DNA of 64,000 nt from positions 113,843-177,842 of the forward strand of contig DGNS01000005.1 of NCBI GenBank assembly GCA_002389045.1. The letters run 5' to 3'. This document shows, piece by piece, positions 1 to 9,205 of this stretch. The stretch's first letter is position 1; the number at the start of each line of letters is the position of its first letter. Below the pieces are notes generated by a model. The model was not told where the DNA came from, did no database searches, and saw only the letters and a program-made list of their open reading frames with translations. This stretch comes from Thiotrichaceae bacterium UBA4486. GTDB taxonomy: Bacteria; Pseudomonadota; Gammaproteobacteria; Eutrophobiales; Eutrophobiaceae. Position numbers and translations under genes: made by a program.

Positions 1-503
1 AGTGGTGCCTTGCGACCGTCATCCCGGGTCACGTCAAGGGGTGTTGGCGCGGTTTCTTCCGGTATGCGCTGTGCGGTTTTACTGGCGCGCAGACGGCTGC
101 GTTCCTCGCGATAGATCACGTAGGCGCGGGCGACCTTTTGTTCACCGGCGCGCATCAGGGCCAGTTCGACCTGGTCCTGAATATCCTCGATATGTACTGT
201 GCCGCCGGCGGGCATACGCCGGGTAAGGGCGTCCACCACCTGTTTACTGAGGCTGGCCACGCGCTCATGGATACGTGTCGAGGCAGCGGCGGTGCCGCCT
301 TCCACCTCAAGGAATGCCTTGGTCATGGCGACACTGATTTTCGCCGGATCGAATGCCGTGACCTTGGAATTGCGACGGATAACCCGGTATTCCCCCGGGC
401 TGTGCGTGACGGAATCATCGAATGAGCCTGTCAATTGCTCACCGGCAGCCGCGCTCGCGACACCTCCGGCAACGTTCTTTGCAGTAACGCTTTCGGCCTC
501 CAT
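1..503 (-). CDS. nrdA: Ribonucleoside-diphosphate reductase class Ia alpha subunit, N-terminal part with ATP-cone; runs off the window edge
   Basis: Not in the ORF track. Manual translation from ATG at 503 (GGAGG upstream) gives MEAESVTAK...YRVIRRNSKVTAFDPAKISVAMTKAF...HIEDIQDQVELALMRAGEQKVARAYVIYREER, an ATP-cone sequence typical of NrdA. NrdR boxes lie upstream. Confidence 0.9.
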   Translation of the reverse strand, partial: MEAESVTAKNVAGGVASAAAGEQLTGSFDDSVTHSPGEYRVIRRNSKVTAFDPAKISVAMTKAFLEVEGGTAAASTRIHERVASLSKQVVDALTRRMPAGGTVHIEDIQDQVELALMRAGEQKVARAYVIYREERSRLRASKTAQRIPEETAPTPLDVTRDDGRKAP

Positions 504-618
504 TTACCCCTCCAACAACTGATGTTTTTGTATTTTTGTACGTTCTGATCGATATTCTCACGCTGCCCGGATTGCTTCGATCCGGTGCTCGCGTTCAATA
601 GTGGATCAATGTATAGCA

Positions 619-666
619 CCACAATAGAATGTGGTCAAGGCCGGATAGGTACACTATATCATGTGG
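619..666. promoter_or_regulatory. Tandem NrdR boxes
   Basis: CCACAATAGAATGTGG (619-634) and ACACTATATCATGTGG (651-666) resemble the acaCwAtATaTwGtg consensus, have starts 32 bp apart, and lie upstream of nrdA. Confidence 0.8.
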
Positions 667-695
667 ATTGAACTGTTAAGAACATTGGAATGAGC

Positions 696-704
696 TGTGG
701 ATAA
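696..704 (-). promoter_or_regulatory. DnaA box upstream of nrdA
   Basis: TGTGGATAA, the reverse complement of the perfect box TTATCCACA. DnaA control of nrdAB is established in E. coli. Confidence 0.6.
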
Positions 705-876
705 GTTGCGTATAAAAAATACCTGTGTAAAGGCGAAAAATGATCTCAAGAATATTCAGTAACTTAATGAAAGCACAGGAAGAATGCCTGCTTTATGGCA
801 TAGCTGATGCATAATCCGGTTTAGAATCGAAAAAAAACATTTTGTTGCGGCCGGCCAGGGCGGCAATCGGGCCGTG

Positions 877-1806
877 TTACTGCAAGGTCAATTCGGATTT
901 GTTCGGGGTGGAGACATCGACACTGACCATCACCAGGGTGGTTTTGCCGTCATATTCTTCCAGCATGCGCACCGTTTCACGCATCATCATTGCCTCACCG
1001 CTTTTGGTGATTTTACGCAATTCCCAGCGATGCAATCGGCGCGGATCATCAATAGTCTCACGTATATACTGGCGGGCCAGGTTACGATCATCCCGGTGAT
1101 ACAGCTCGGTGATCGATTGCTTAAGCAGTTCGCTGCGCTCGTAGCCGAGCAAATAGGCGCCAAAGCGGTTCACCGAGATTATCTGGCCCCTGGCATTCAG
1201 TTTCATATAAACCGCGGGCGTATTGTTGTAGAGGTCCTCGAATTTTTTTTCACTGATATGCAGCGCTTTTTCGGTCTCGATGCGGGTATCCATCTCGGAT
1301 TCAAGATTGGCGCGGGCCAGCTCGTAAGCGACTTCCTTGTTGATGACTTCACGCTCGAGATTTCTCCTGTGTTCGGACATGGTGTCATTCATGGATTTCA
1401 GTGCCAATTGGGTCTCGATGCGGGCAATCATCACGGGCAGGGTGCCGGGTTTGATGATGTAGTCATTGGCGCCGGCTTCGAAACTTACCACGATGTCGGT
1501 CACGTCCTCACTGACGGTGAGCATGATTACCGGTAACTGCAAGGGGGAATATTTTTCGCGGATGTTTTTTAATACCTTGATGCCCGAGGTTTCCGGCATC
1601 ATCAGGTCGAGAAAGACCAGATCGAAAGTCTGGTGCTCGAGCAGCGTCAGCGCCTCACTGCCGTCGCGGAGGGTGGTGACCTGGTAGTTTTTCGATTTCA
1701 GAAAGGTCGCGATGGTCCGGCAGACGGTCGCATCGTCGTCTACAACCAGTATCGCTGCCGGGCGTATGGTCTGTTCATCATCAAGGTGGGAGATGGGAAG
1801 AGGCAC
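877..1806 (-). CDS. Response regulator with receiver, coiled-coil and PAS domains and no output domain
   Basis: ILVVDDD, FLDLMMP, PVIMLT and ANDYIIKP receiver motifs; C-terminal PAS (LNARGQIISVN...LLGY...ELYHRDD). Confidence 0.8.
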   Translation of the reverse strand: MPLPISHLDDEQTIRPAAILVVDDDATVCRTIATFLKSKNYQVTTLRDGSEALTLLEHQTFDLVFLDLMMPETSGIKVLKNIREKYSPLQLPVIMLTVSEDVTDIVVSFEAGANDYIIKPGTLPVMIARIETQLALKSMNDTMSEHRRNLEREVINKEVAYELARANLESEMDTRIETEKALHISEKKFEDLYNNTPAVYMKLNARGQIISVNRFGAYLLGYERSELLKQSITELYHRDDRNLARQYIRETIDDPRRLHRWELRKITKSGEAMMMRETVRMLEEYDGKTTLVMVSVDVSTPNKSELTLQ

Positions 1807-1816
1807 GGATCAGCAT

Positions 1817-2056
1817 TCAGAGTTTGCTATGCGTGCCATCACACAGGGGCGGTGTTGCAGAGTGTTTGCAGCCACAGAACCAGACGGTTTTCGTAGCCTC
1901 AGCCCTGAATTCCACCGGTGTGAAATCGGTATCGCTGTGTGAGCCATCACAGAAAGGCTGGGTTTTGCTGCGCCCGCAGGCGCACCACCAATAACTTTTA
2001 CCCGCTTCCACATCAACACTGAAAGGGGATTTTTGAGGGATTTCAGGTGTGCTCAT
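1817..2056 (-). CDS. CDGSH iron-sulfur protein with two CDGSH motifs (MiNT/CISD3-like)
   Basis: WCACGRSKTQPFCDGSH and FCGCKHSATPPLCDGTH. Confidence 0.92.
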   Translation of the reverse strand: MSTPEIPQKSPFSVDVEAGKSYWWCACGRSKTQPFCDGSHSDTDFTPVEFRAEATKTVWFCGCKHSATPPLCDGTHSKL

Positions 2057-2275
2057 AAATCAGCTTATCCAAAAATATCATGTTCATATGAAGTCTGAAT
2101 ATATAACGAAAATATCACGAAATTCAAATAATTAATTAAACTATCTAAAATATTTCGAATAATATTTCATGCCGGGGATACTGGTGTGATTATCGAAAAA
2201 CAGGACTGTCGTGTTGAATCGCGAGTTATTTCAGAGAGTTAAGATCCGCCGTGAAGTATTGTCAATGCACAGGAT

Positions 2276-3541
2276 TTACCAGGATTGAATGCGCCTGGAA
2301 CAATAAACCAGGGACAACAGTGCAGCGGACAGTGCGACCCCCTGGAGAATGTGAATCAGCCACAAACTCTTCAGTCCGGCCAGGGCGAAGAGCACGGTCA
2401 TGACCAGGAACGTCAGCATGGCACAGTTTTGCACCAGGTTGCTGGCCGATATCACCCGGCCGAGCTGACCTTCGCGGGCATGATGCTGAATGAGAGTATT
2501 TAACGGAATGATAATGAAGCCACCCATCATGCCCCAGATAATAAAATTCACCGACAGTCCGATGAGGCTGTGTAACTGCGGCAGAATCAACAAACAGCCG
2601 GTAATGCCGAAAGCCCCCACGGCCACCAGCCGCTGATCGATTTTACGGCGTGACAAGAGGCCGGCAATGACTGAACCGACAACGATTCCAATACCGGCGC
2701 AGGCCAGCATGCCCTGGATAATCACGGTATTGGTGATAGCCATGATTTCCTTGGCATACGCCGGGAAGGCCGCCAGCATGACCTGGGATATGGCCCAGAA
2801 TATGGCCAGACCGATGACCGAGTAGAGTATGATCCGGCGTTCCACTACCACCTGCAGGTTGAAACGCAAATACCCGCCACGCGTGTACTGACGCCAGTCG
2901 AAATGCATCTGCGTGTTCACCGGCTGGCGTTGGGGCATTTTCAGGGCCATGCCCACTTCCACCAGGCTGAACAGCACCAGGCACCAGCCGATGGGCGCAA
3001 TCCGCTGTAACAATTCCCGCCTTGAAGTGTAGATATCACCCGCGAGAAAGGCTTCGAATAATACCGAGAATGCCAGGATCCCTGCCAGTATGGCGACCGT
3101 GGTAGTGGCCTGGACGATGCCATTGGCGCGCGCCAGGTGGCTGTCGCCAACGAGTTCCCGGATGTAGCCGTACTTGGCGGGTGAATAGATGGCGCTTTGT
3201 ATGGCCAGCATCAGGGTCATGATGTAGGCCGGCCAGAACCAGCCGAGGTAATAAAAGAGGGTGATGAACAGGGTCAGGATGACGGCCACCACGGAAGTCA
3301 TGAGCATCACCCGGTTCTTGGGGTACTTGTCGGAACAGAATCCTGCCGGCGACATGAGCAGGATGAAAGGCACCAGAATCAGCGCATTGACAACGGCGGT
3401 CAGAATCACCTGTTCGCGGCCGTCGTAGATCTTGAAGACGGTGTTCTGAATAATGATCTTGTGGCCGAGATCCACGAATGCGTTGAGGAACAGCAAAGCG
3501 ATATAGGGCGTAAAGCCCTGGAAGCGAAATAAGTGCAGCAT
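2276..3541 (-). CDS. MFS transporter, LplT-like (similar to the N-terminal MFS domain of Aas-type fusions)
   Basis: About 12 hydrophobic segments; FLNAFVDLGHK and QSAIYSPAKYGYIRE motifs. Confidence 0.8.
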   Translation of the reverse strand: MLHLFRFQGFTPYIALLFLNAFVDLGHKIIIQNTVFKIYDGREQVILTAVVNALILVPFILLMSPAGFCSDKYPKNRVMLMTSVVAVILTLFITLFYYLGWFWPAYIMTLMLAIQSAIYSPAKYGYIRELVGDSHLARANGIVQATTTVAILAGILAFSVLFEAFLAGDIYTSRRELLQRIAPIGWCLVLFSLVEVGMALKMPQRQPVNTQMHFDWRQYTRGGYLRFNLQVVVERRIILYSVIGLAIFWAISQVMLAAFPAYAKEIMAITNTVIIQGMLACAGIGIVVGSVIAGLLSRRKIDQRLVAVGAFGITGCLLILPQLHSLIGLSVNFIIWGMMGGFIIIPLNTLIQHHAREGQLGRVISASNLVQNCAMLTFLVMTVLFALAGLKSLWLIHILQGVALSAALLSLVYCSRRIQSW

Positions 3542-3699
3542 GTCCGGGTATGTCCCAGGCCCCTGTGTTGGAAAGTCGCAAGGTAACCCAAACCGCGCGT
3601 GGTGACGAATTCCTTAAATCCGGGGTATCTGGAGCACTCACCCGGGCAACAGGAATGGCGGGCGGTGGTTTGATGATGGGGTTATATACGGATTACATA

Positions 3700-3852
3700 T
3701 CAGGCCAGCATCCAGGCGATTACTGCCGGGATGAGCAGGTATTTCAATATCAGGGCTATGATATTAGCGAAATTCATTCGTTTCGACTGTAGTTTCCAGT
3801 AGCGAACATTGATTTCATGGACAATTTCAAGGTTGATGTCATTCATGGTCAT
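3700..3852 (-). CDS. Putative 50-aa small membrane protein (below the ORF-track cutoff)
   Basis: Manual translation MTMNDINLEIVHEINVRYWKLQSKRMNFANIIALILKYLLIPAVIAWMLA*; C-terminal hydrophobic helix; weak GAG RBS upstream. Confidence 0.5.
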   Translation of the reverse strand: MTMNDINLEIVHEINVRYWKLQSKRMNFANIIALILKYLLIPAVIAWMLA

Positions 3853-4070
3853 ATAGTCTCAGCCTGCTCTGTTTTCCAGATACAAGTCATAAAATCACAT
3901 GCTGTTGATCCGGTTTATCGGTCAAACAGTGGCGGATATTGAATGATTTGTTCATGAACAACATGCGATATCCATACCAGGTGATGTTCAAGGCTCTGCT
4001 ATTCATCGACGGTTCAGCCTGGTGACCCGGACGACCCGGATACTACATAATTATATAACTCTCAAAAATA

Positions 4071-5144
4071 TCATATAGACGTTTGAAAAAACTGTCCTTT
4101 TTGCTTGTTAAACAGGATAGTCAGGAAGCGTATCCCGGTCTTGAACCGGGAGTTATGCGGTTGGCAGTGACTGACTTCACCGACGGCCCTGAAATCGGCG
4201 GCAATCATTTTCAGCACCTGGCCGGCTTCAGGTTGAGTGTCAAGAATCAGACGCAAACCGGTGGGCGACACGTCCACGAGGTCGGCACTGCGGCGTGATG
4301 ACGGCCAGTCTTCCCAGTAATACACGATACCGTCCTGGTTGATGCGATTATTATCACGACGAGCGCCGCCACTCAGGGTCACGGAAGGTGGCGCAAGCGG
4401 CGATTCACAGACCCGGCACTGGCTGTTGCGGACATATTCCTCACTGTGCTCATGTGGTGTTTTACAGAAGGCGCAGTAGTGGGAAATGATGGGCGAGTAG
4501 GCCTGGAACCCCGATGCTGCAGGCCGGGCAGGGCGATCAGGGACATTTGCGCGGCCACTGAACTTCTCCTGGTTATCCATGGGCACGTTTTCTTCCCGCT
4601 TTGCTTCGGTGAACGTGCTTTTCAGGATGCGGGCGGCATCGGCATGGTGATGCTGTTGCAGCAGCCGATCATAGAGTGCGCGTTTCAGTGGATTACCCAG
4701 AACTTCATGAGCTTCACGCACCAGGTCAGACGGTATGTTGTTTGCCTCGCGCCCGACCAGGATCTGGTAGCTGGAATGGATGATGACCGACGGTGAATCA
4801 CTCTGGATATGCAGAATACGGTAGTAGTTGCGCTGGTTGACATCGTTGTCGGCTGCCGCTGCCGGCCGCGGGCGAGAGGCCTCACGGTCAAAATGGATAC
4901 CGGACAGGTCCGCGAGACTGTACTGTTGCAGCAGTTCGCGGTCATACTCGGCTCGACGTTGCGGTTGACGCAGGGTGTTGTAGGCGATATTCAGCAGGCT
5001 GGCGTTCCAGTCATCTCCACCCAGGTCCGGGTGCAGGCGCAATTTCTGCAACAATGTCCGGTAATTATTGCGGATCACCGCCGGACTGGCATCCGGCTGG
5101 ACTCTGAGAATCCGGTAGTAGTTGCGTCTGTTGTTATTGACCAT
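4071..5144 (-). CDS. J-domain protein: J(HPD), degenerate J, Cys4 Zn ribbon and PilZ
   Basis: NYYRILRV...LHPDLGG...AYNTL; second NYYRILHI...AHEVLGNPLKRALYD without HPD; CAFC...CRVC; RRDNNR and DVSPTG PilZ motifs. Confidence 0.85.
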   Translation of the reverse strand: MVNNNRRNYYRILRVQPDASPAVIRNNYRTLLQKLRLHPDLGGDDWNASLLNIAYNTLRQPQRRAEYDRELLQQYSLADLSGIHFDREASRPRPAAAADNDVNQRNYYRILHIQSDSPSVIIHSSYQILVGREANNIPSDLVREAHEVLGNPLKRALYDRLLQQHHHADAARILKSTFTEAKREENVPMDNQEKFSGRANVPDRPARPAASGFQAYSPIISHYCAFCKTPHEHSEEYVRNSQCRVCESPLAPPSVTLSGGARRDNNRINQDGIVYYWEDWPSSRRSADLVDVSPTGLRLILDTQPEAGQVLKMIAADFRAVGEVSHCQPHNSRFKTGIRFLTILFNKQKGQFFQTSI

Positions 5145-5179
5145 GGCAGAGCGTTCAGGCCGTGAATTTCGGATATGTG

Positions 5180-5207
5180 TTATCGGCTGTCTTTCGCATT
5201 TACCTGA
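5180..5207 (-). promoter_or_regulatory. Putative sigma-28 (FliA) promoter of the J-PilZ gene
   Basis: Minus strand reads TCAG-N16-GCCGATAA, 35 nt before the start codon. Confidence 0.45.
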
Positions 5208-5428
5208 AAGCCAGGCTGAAACCTGATTCTATTTAACTTTAAAAATCAATTATATCTATCTGAATTTTAAGTAAATAAATTAAATATTTTTGATTTACGT
5301 CACGTTTTATGACGACATCAGCCATCACCAACCATGGGCGGTTACAAGCGTTGACCGCGACATCCCTGGCTTGAGAATCCACCGGTCGTGTATACAATCG
5401 TTCTGCAAATATAACCAACCAGTGCCGT

Positions 5429-6394
5429 ATGGCGAGCGATTTTATTCTGATGAACCAACACAGTGCTCCAGCTGGCATCATCGTTGCGGCGATGTACCGC
5501 TTTTTCGATTTTCCCGGTTACCAGTCCTTCCGGGCGCCGCTGCTCGACTTCTGCGTGGCTCACAAACTGAAAGGCACACTATTGCTGGCACCGGAGGGGA
5601 TTAATGGTACCGTGGCTGGCCGCCGCGAGAACATCGACGCGCTGAAAGACCATCTGCAACAGGATGATCGTTTCGAGGCTATGGAATACAAGGAATCAAG
5701 GGCTGTTGAGATGCCGTTTCAGCGGATGAAGGTCAAGCTGAAAAAGGAGATTGTCACCATGGGGCTTGAAGGCGTTCAGCCCGGCCGGCGTTCGGGTCAG
5801 CGCCTGGACCCGGAAGCCTGGAACCGCGTAATCAGCGATCCCGGGACCCTGGTCATCGATACACGCAATCGCTATGAATACGATATCGGCACGTTCGTCA
5901 ATGCCGTATCACCGGACACGGTTAATTTCAGGGAATTCCCTGAATTCGTGAAAACCCGTCTCGACCCGGCCCGGCATCGCAAGGTGGCCATGTTCTGCAC
6001 CGGCGGCATTCGCTGCGAAAAAGCCAGCGCCTGGATGCTGGAGCAGGGATTTGAAGAAGTCTATCAACTCAACGGCGGTATTCTTCGTTACCTGGAGGAA
6101 GTGAAGCCGGAGCAAAGCCTGTGGCGGGGTGAATGCTTTGTCTTTGATGGCCGTGTGGCGGTGGATGAGAAGCTTGAGCAGGGCAACTATGAACAGTGTT
6201 TCGCCTGTCGAAGGCCGCTCTCTACTGAAGACCTGCAATCCCCATACTATGAACGCGGGGTGTCCTGTCCGGCCTGCCATGAGGACATCACGGCGAAGCA
6301 GCGCCGGAGATTCAGCGAGCGACAGAAACAGGTGGAGATCGCCGAACGCCGTGGCAGCCGGCATATCGGCGTGCCACAGCAGAGCATATCCTGA
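5429..6394 (+). CDS. trhO: tRNA uridine(34) hydroxylase TrhO/YceA (rhodanese domain); start may be 5450
   Basis: LLAPEGINGT, IDTRNRYE, MFCTGGIRCEKA, QLNGGILRY, GECFVFDGR. Confidence 0.92.
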   Translation: MASDFILMNQHSAPAGIIVAAMYRFFDFPGYQSFRAPLLDFCVAHKLKGTLLLAPEGINGTVAGRRENIDALKDHLQQDDRFEAMEYKESRAVEMPFQRMKVKLKKEIVTMGLEGVQPGRRSGQRLDPEAWNRVISDPGTLVIDTRNRYEYDIGTFVNAVSPDTVNFREFPEFVKTRLDPARHRKVAMFCTGGIRCEKASAWMLEQGFEEVYQLNGGILRYLEEVKPEQSLWRGECFVFDGRVAVDEKLEQGNYEQCFACRRPLSTEDLQSPYYERGVSCPACHEDITAKQRRRFSERQKQVEIAERRGSRHIGVPQQSIS

Positions 6395-6460
6395 TCCAAC
6401 AGGGGCAGGACCCTCTTCGATACGTCGCGCTCATACTAAACCGGCTATCGGTTACTGCAT

Positions 6461-6785
6461 TCAGATAATACCGTCAAAATAACGCTTCAGCTCCCGTACC
6501 AGCTTTTTCGGGCTGGGATAAATAATTGATTCGGGCACCTTGCCGGAATCGATCAGGCGTTTCTCCGTGTCAAAACCGTAGCTGCCGATAAGAATGTTGT
6601 CATAACCGGTTTCGCAGGCAGCATGAAAATCCCCCACTTCGTCCCCACCGAACCAGGTCTGGCTGTAAGTGAACTTTTCATTGCGGTAAGCGCATCGTTT
6701 TTTTTACGCCGGTGGGAATGGGAATGACGAAATCCAGATCCGCCGCGTCTACATCGCTATGCTGGAATAATGAGCACCAGTCAAA
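6461..6785 (-). pseudogene. Frameshifted, 5'-truncated HAD-family hydrolase remnant
   Basis: One frame reads ...QTWFGGDEVGDFHAACETGYDNILIGSYGFDTEKRL...FDGII* (GDxxxD motif IV). The upstream part LFQHSDVDAADLDFVIPIPTGVKK is in another frame, shifting at the A8 run 6698-6705. Confidence 0.55.
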
Positions 6786-7029
6786 TCATTTGATGTGCGG
6801 CGTGGACTGATGAAACAACTGTTTGTTGTGCTGCCAAAATTCATAAACGGGTCATAAAATTTTCATAAAAACAATCAATTAAGTCTTTACTCTCGATTAT
6901 GTTTCAGGTATTGGTGATTACAGGTTAGAATACTGACGTCCTCTGGACGGTATCCCGTGCCCGCAGAACTTAAAGGATATCGACAACAATAAAATTATAA
7001 TTAAAAACTGAGCACCGGTGGTATTTCCA

Positions 7030-8841
7030 ATGGAGATTGACCAGGATTCTTTTGTAGAGGTAATTCATCATCCGCGACACGAGATAGATGAAATAATAGA
7101 GCGGCGCCTGCTCGAAATATTATTTCAGCCTATCATTGACCTGTCCAAAGCCCGCATCCTCGGTTACGAGGCCCTGACCCGCGGTCCCGGCAACAGCGAA
7201 TTCAACAATCCGGTACAGTTATTCGAGGCGGCTGAACGGGCCGGGCGTTTGTATGAGATGGAATCACTGTGCCAGGAACTTGCCTACAAATATTTCAGCC
7301 AGCGCGGGCTTCAGGGCAAGTTGTTTGTCAACGTCAGTCCCATGTTTTTACTCCAGTGCGAACGTTCCTCGGTTAACCTGCATGATCAACTCCGGCGCTA
7401 TGATCTGGATCCACATAATGTCGTAATCGAGGTATCGGAAAAATATCCGTTTGCTGATTCTGATATTATCAATGCTTCGCTGGAACGATACCGCAAGGTG
7501 GGCTTTCATATCGCTATCGATGACCTTGGTGCGGGCTATGCCGGGCTGCGCATCTGGTCAGAGCTGCGTCCCGATTATGTCAAGATGGACAGTCACTTTT
7601 CACACGCCATTCACGACGATCCGCTGAAGCGCGAATTCGTACGTTCCATCAAGGGCATATCCAGGACACTGAATTGCGAGGTTATTGCCGAAGGTGTGGA
7701 AACAGACGAGGAACTTGATGCCGTACGTTCCACCGGAGTCTGTCTCATCCAGGGTTTTTTGCTGGGCAGGCCGAGGCAAAAGCCGGAATCCATCAACTAT
7801 GACAACCTGCGTCTGAACCAGACCTCACTGGATACGCACATCTCCTGGGTCAACACTGAAAATGTCTCACAGATGGTGGAACAAACGCCGGTGCTGAACC
7901 GGAATGATCTGCTCGAACAGGCCGCAGACATGTTTCAACTAAACCGGGAACTGGTATCCATTCCGGTTTTATATCGCAAACGACCGGTGGGTATTGTGAC
8001 CCGCAGCAAGGTGATGGAAATATTTCTTGGACGATACGGGCGTGAACTGCATGCCAGGAAACCGGTCAGTGAATTCATGTCGCCGGCCATAATCGTCGAT
8101 TGCGATACCAGTCTTGATGAGGTCAGCCAGATGGTGACCGATCATGACGATAACGATTTCAATGTGGATTTTATCATCACCCGTGATCGTCGTTACCTGG
8201 GCGTTGGAAAAATCCGCAAGTTATTGAAAAGAATTACCGACAAGCAGATGCGCAGTGCGCGCTATTCCAATCCGCTCACCCTGTTGCCGGGTAATGTGCC
8301 GATTTATGAGTGGATAGATGATCTGCTGGCGAACCGTTCGAATTTTCATATTGCCTATTTCGATATCAATAATTTCAAACCCTATAATGATATTTACGGA
8401 TACAGTCGCGGTGATGAGGTTATCGTCATGCTGGCCGAGATCCTCTGTGAACATGTCAATTGTGGTGAAGATCTGGTCGGTCATATAGGGGGTGATGATT
8501 TTGTAGTGATTTTTCGCGGCAATGACTGGTATGAGCGCTGTGCGCAGATCCTCGAATGTTTCCGCGCTAAAGTCGATCGATTTTATAACGATGAAGATAA
8601 TGCCAGCGGCGGTATCTGGAGTCATGATCGAAACGGTGATCAGACGTTCTTTGAAAAAATTGACCTGGCCATTGGTGTCGTCAGGCCGGATCCGAAACGT
8701 TGTCATTCGCATCACGACATTGCCATGCTTGCTGCCGATGCCAAGAGTCATGCCAAACGATCCGGCAATGATGACATTTTCGTTTCAAGACGCAGAGGTC
8801 CGAGTAAAATGACCCATCTGGATAAAATTAAAAGCGCCTGA
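7030..8841 (+). CDS. EAL - CBS pair - GGDEF c-di-GMP enzyme (start 7018 or 7030)
   Basis: YEALTRG, IDDLGAGY and AEGVET (EAL); CBS-like IPVL...PVGIVTR; NPLTLLPGN, DINNFKPYND and GHIGGDDF (GGDEF). Confidence 0.9.
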   Translation: MEIDQDSFVEVIHHPRHEIDEIIERRLLEILFQPIIDLSKARILGYEALTRGPGNSEFNNPVQLFEAAERAGRLYEMESLCQELAYKYFSQRGLQGKLFVNVSPMFLLQCERSSVNLHDQLRRYDLDPHNVVIEVSEKYPFADSDIINASLERYRKVGFHIAIDDLGAGYAGLRIWSELRPDYVKMDSHFSHAIHDDPLKREFVRSIKGISRTLNCEVIAEGVETDEELDAVRSTGVCLIQGFLLGRPRQKPESINYDNLRLNQTSLDTHISWVNTENVSQMVEQTPVLNRNDLLEQAADMFQLNRELVSIPVLYRKRPVGIVTRSKVMEIFLGRYGRELHARKPVSEFMSPAIIVDCDTSLDEVSQMVTDHDDNDFNVDFIITRDRRYLGVGKIRKLLKRITDKQMRSARYSNPLTLLPGNVPIYEWIDDLLANRSNFHIAYFDINNFKPYNDIYGYSRGDEVIVMLAEILCEHVNCGEDLVGHIGGDDFVVIFRGNDWYERCAQILECFRAKVDRFYNDEDNASGGIWSHDRNGDQTFFEKIDLAIGVVRPDPKRCHSHHDIAMLAADAKSHAKRSGNDDIFVSRRRGPSKMTHLDKIKSA

Positions 8842-8926
8842 TTTTCTACTGATCCTGGATCATTCGAAATTGATTGCTATAATTACTAGCAGAGTGTAAA
8901 CGCTAAATGCTGCTAATCGCAGCATC

Positions 8927-8960
8927 AGCCCCCGGTTTGTGTCAAACGGGGGCTTTCGTT
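8927..8960 (+). terminator. Intrinsic terminator-like hairpin
   Basis: AGCCCCCGGTTTG-TGT-CAAACGGGGGCT followed by TTCGTT. Confidence 0.6.
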
Positions 8961-9205
8961 CGCTACTGACTATCTCTTTTTCTCCAGCCATTACTTCGCG
9001 CCGGGTTATTTGCGGCGGGTGATGATATGTCTGAAATGCATACCACGGGTCAATACAGAATACCTGGCTGCCTGCCTGTTCCTGATTGATTATTATCCGG
9101 AAATTACCAGAGAGAGCCACCTGTCCTGATGCAGATTTTACTTGCACGATAAAGATGAATGGCAACAATAACAATCATTGATCACAAAGTTCGGAGGTAT
9201 TGATT

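Noticed and set aside
619-731. Replication origin suggested by DnaA boxes
   Set aside because: Only one perfect box and no dnaA/gidA context; nrdA regulation explains it.
8870-8899. Ile-rich attenuator leader peptide (MIAIITSRV)
   Set aside because: TTG start without an RBS, overlaps the predicted -10, and no amino-acid biosynthesis gene lies downstream.
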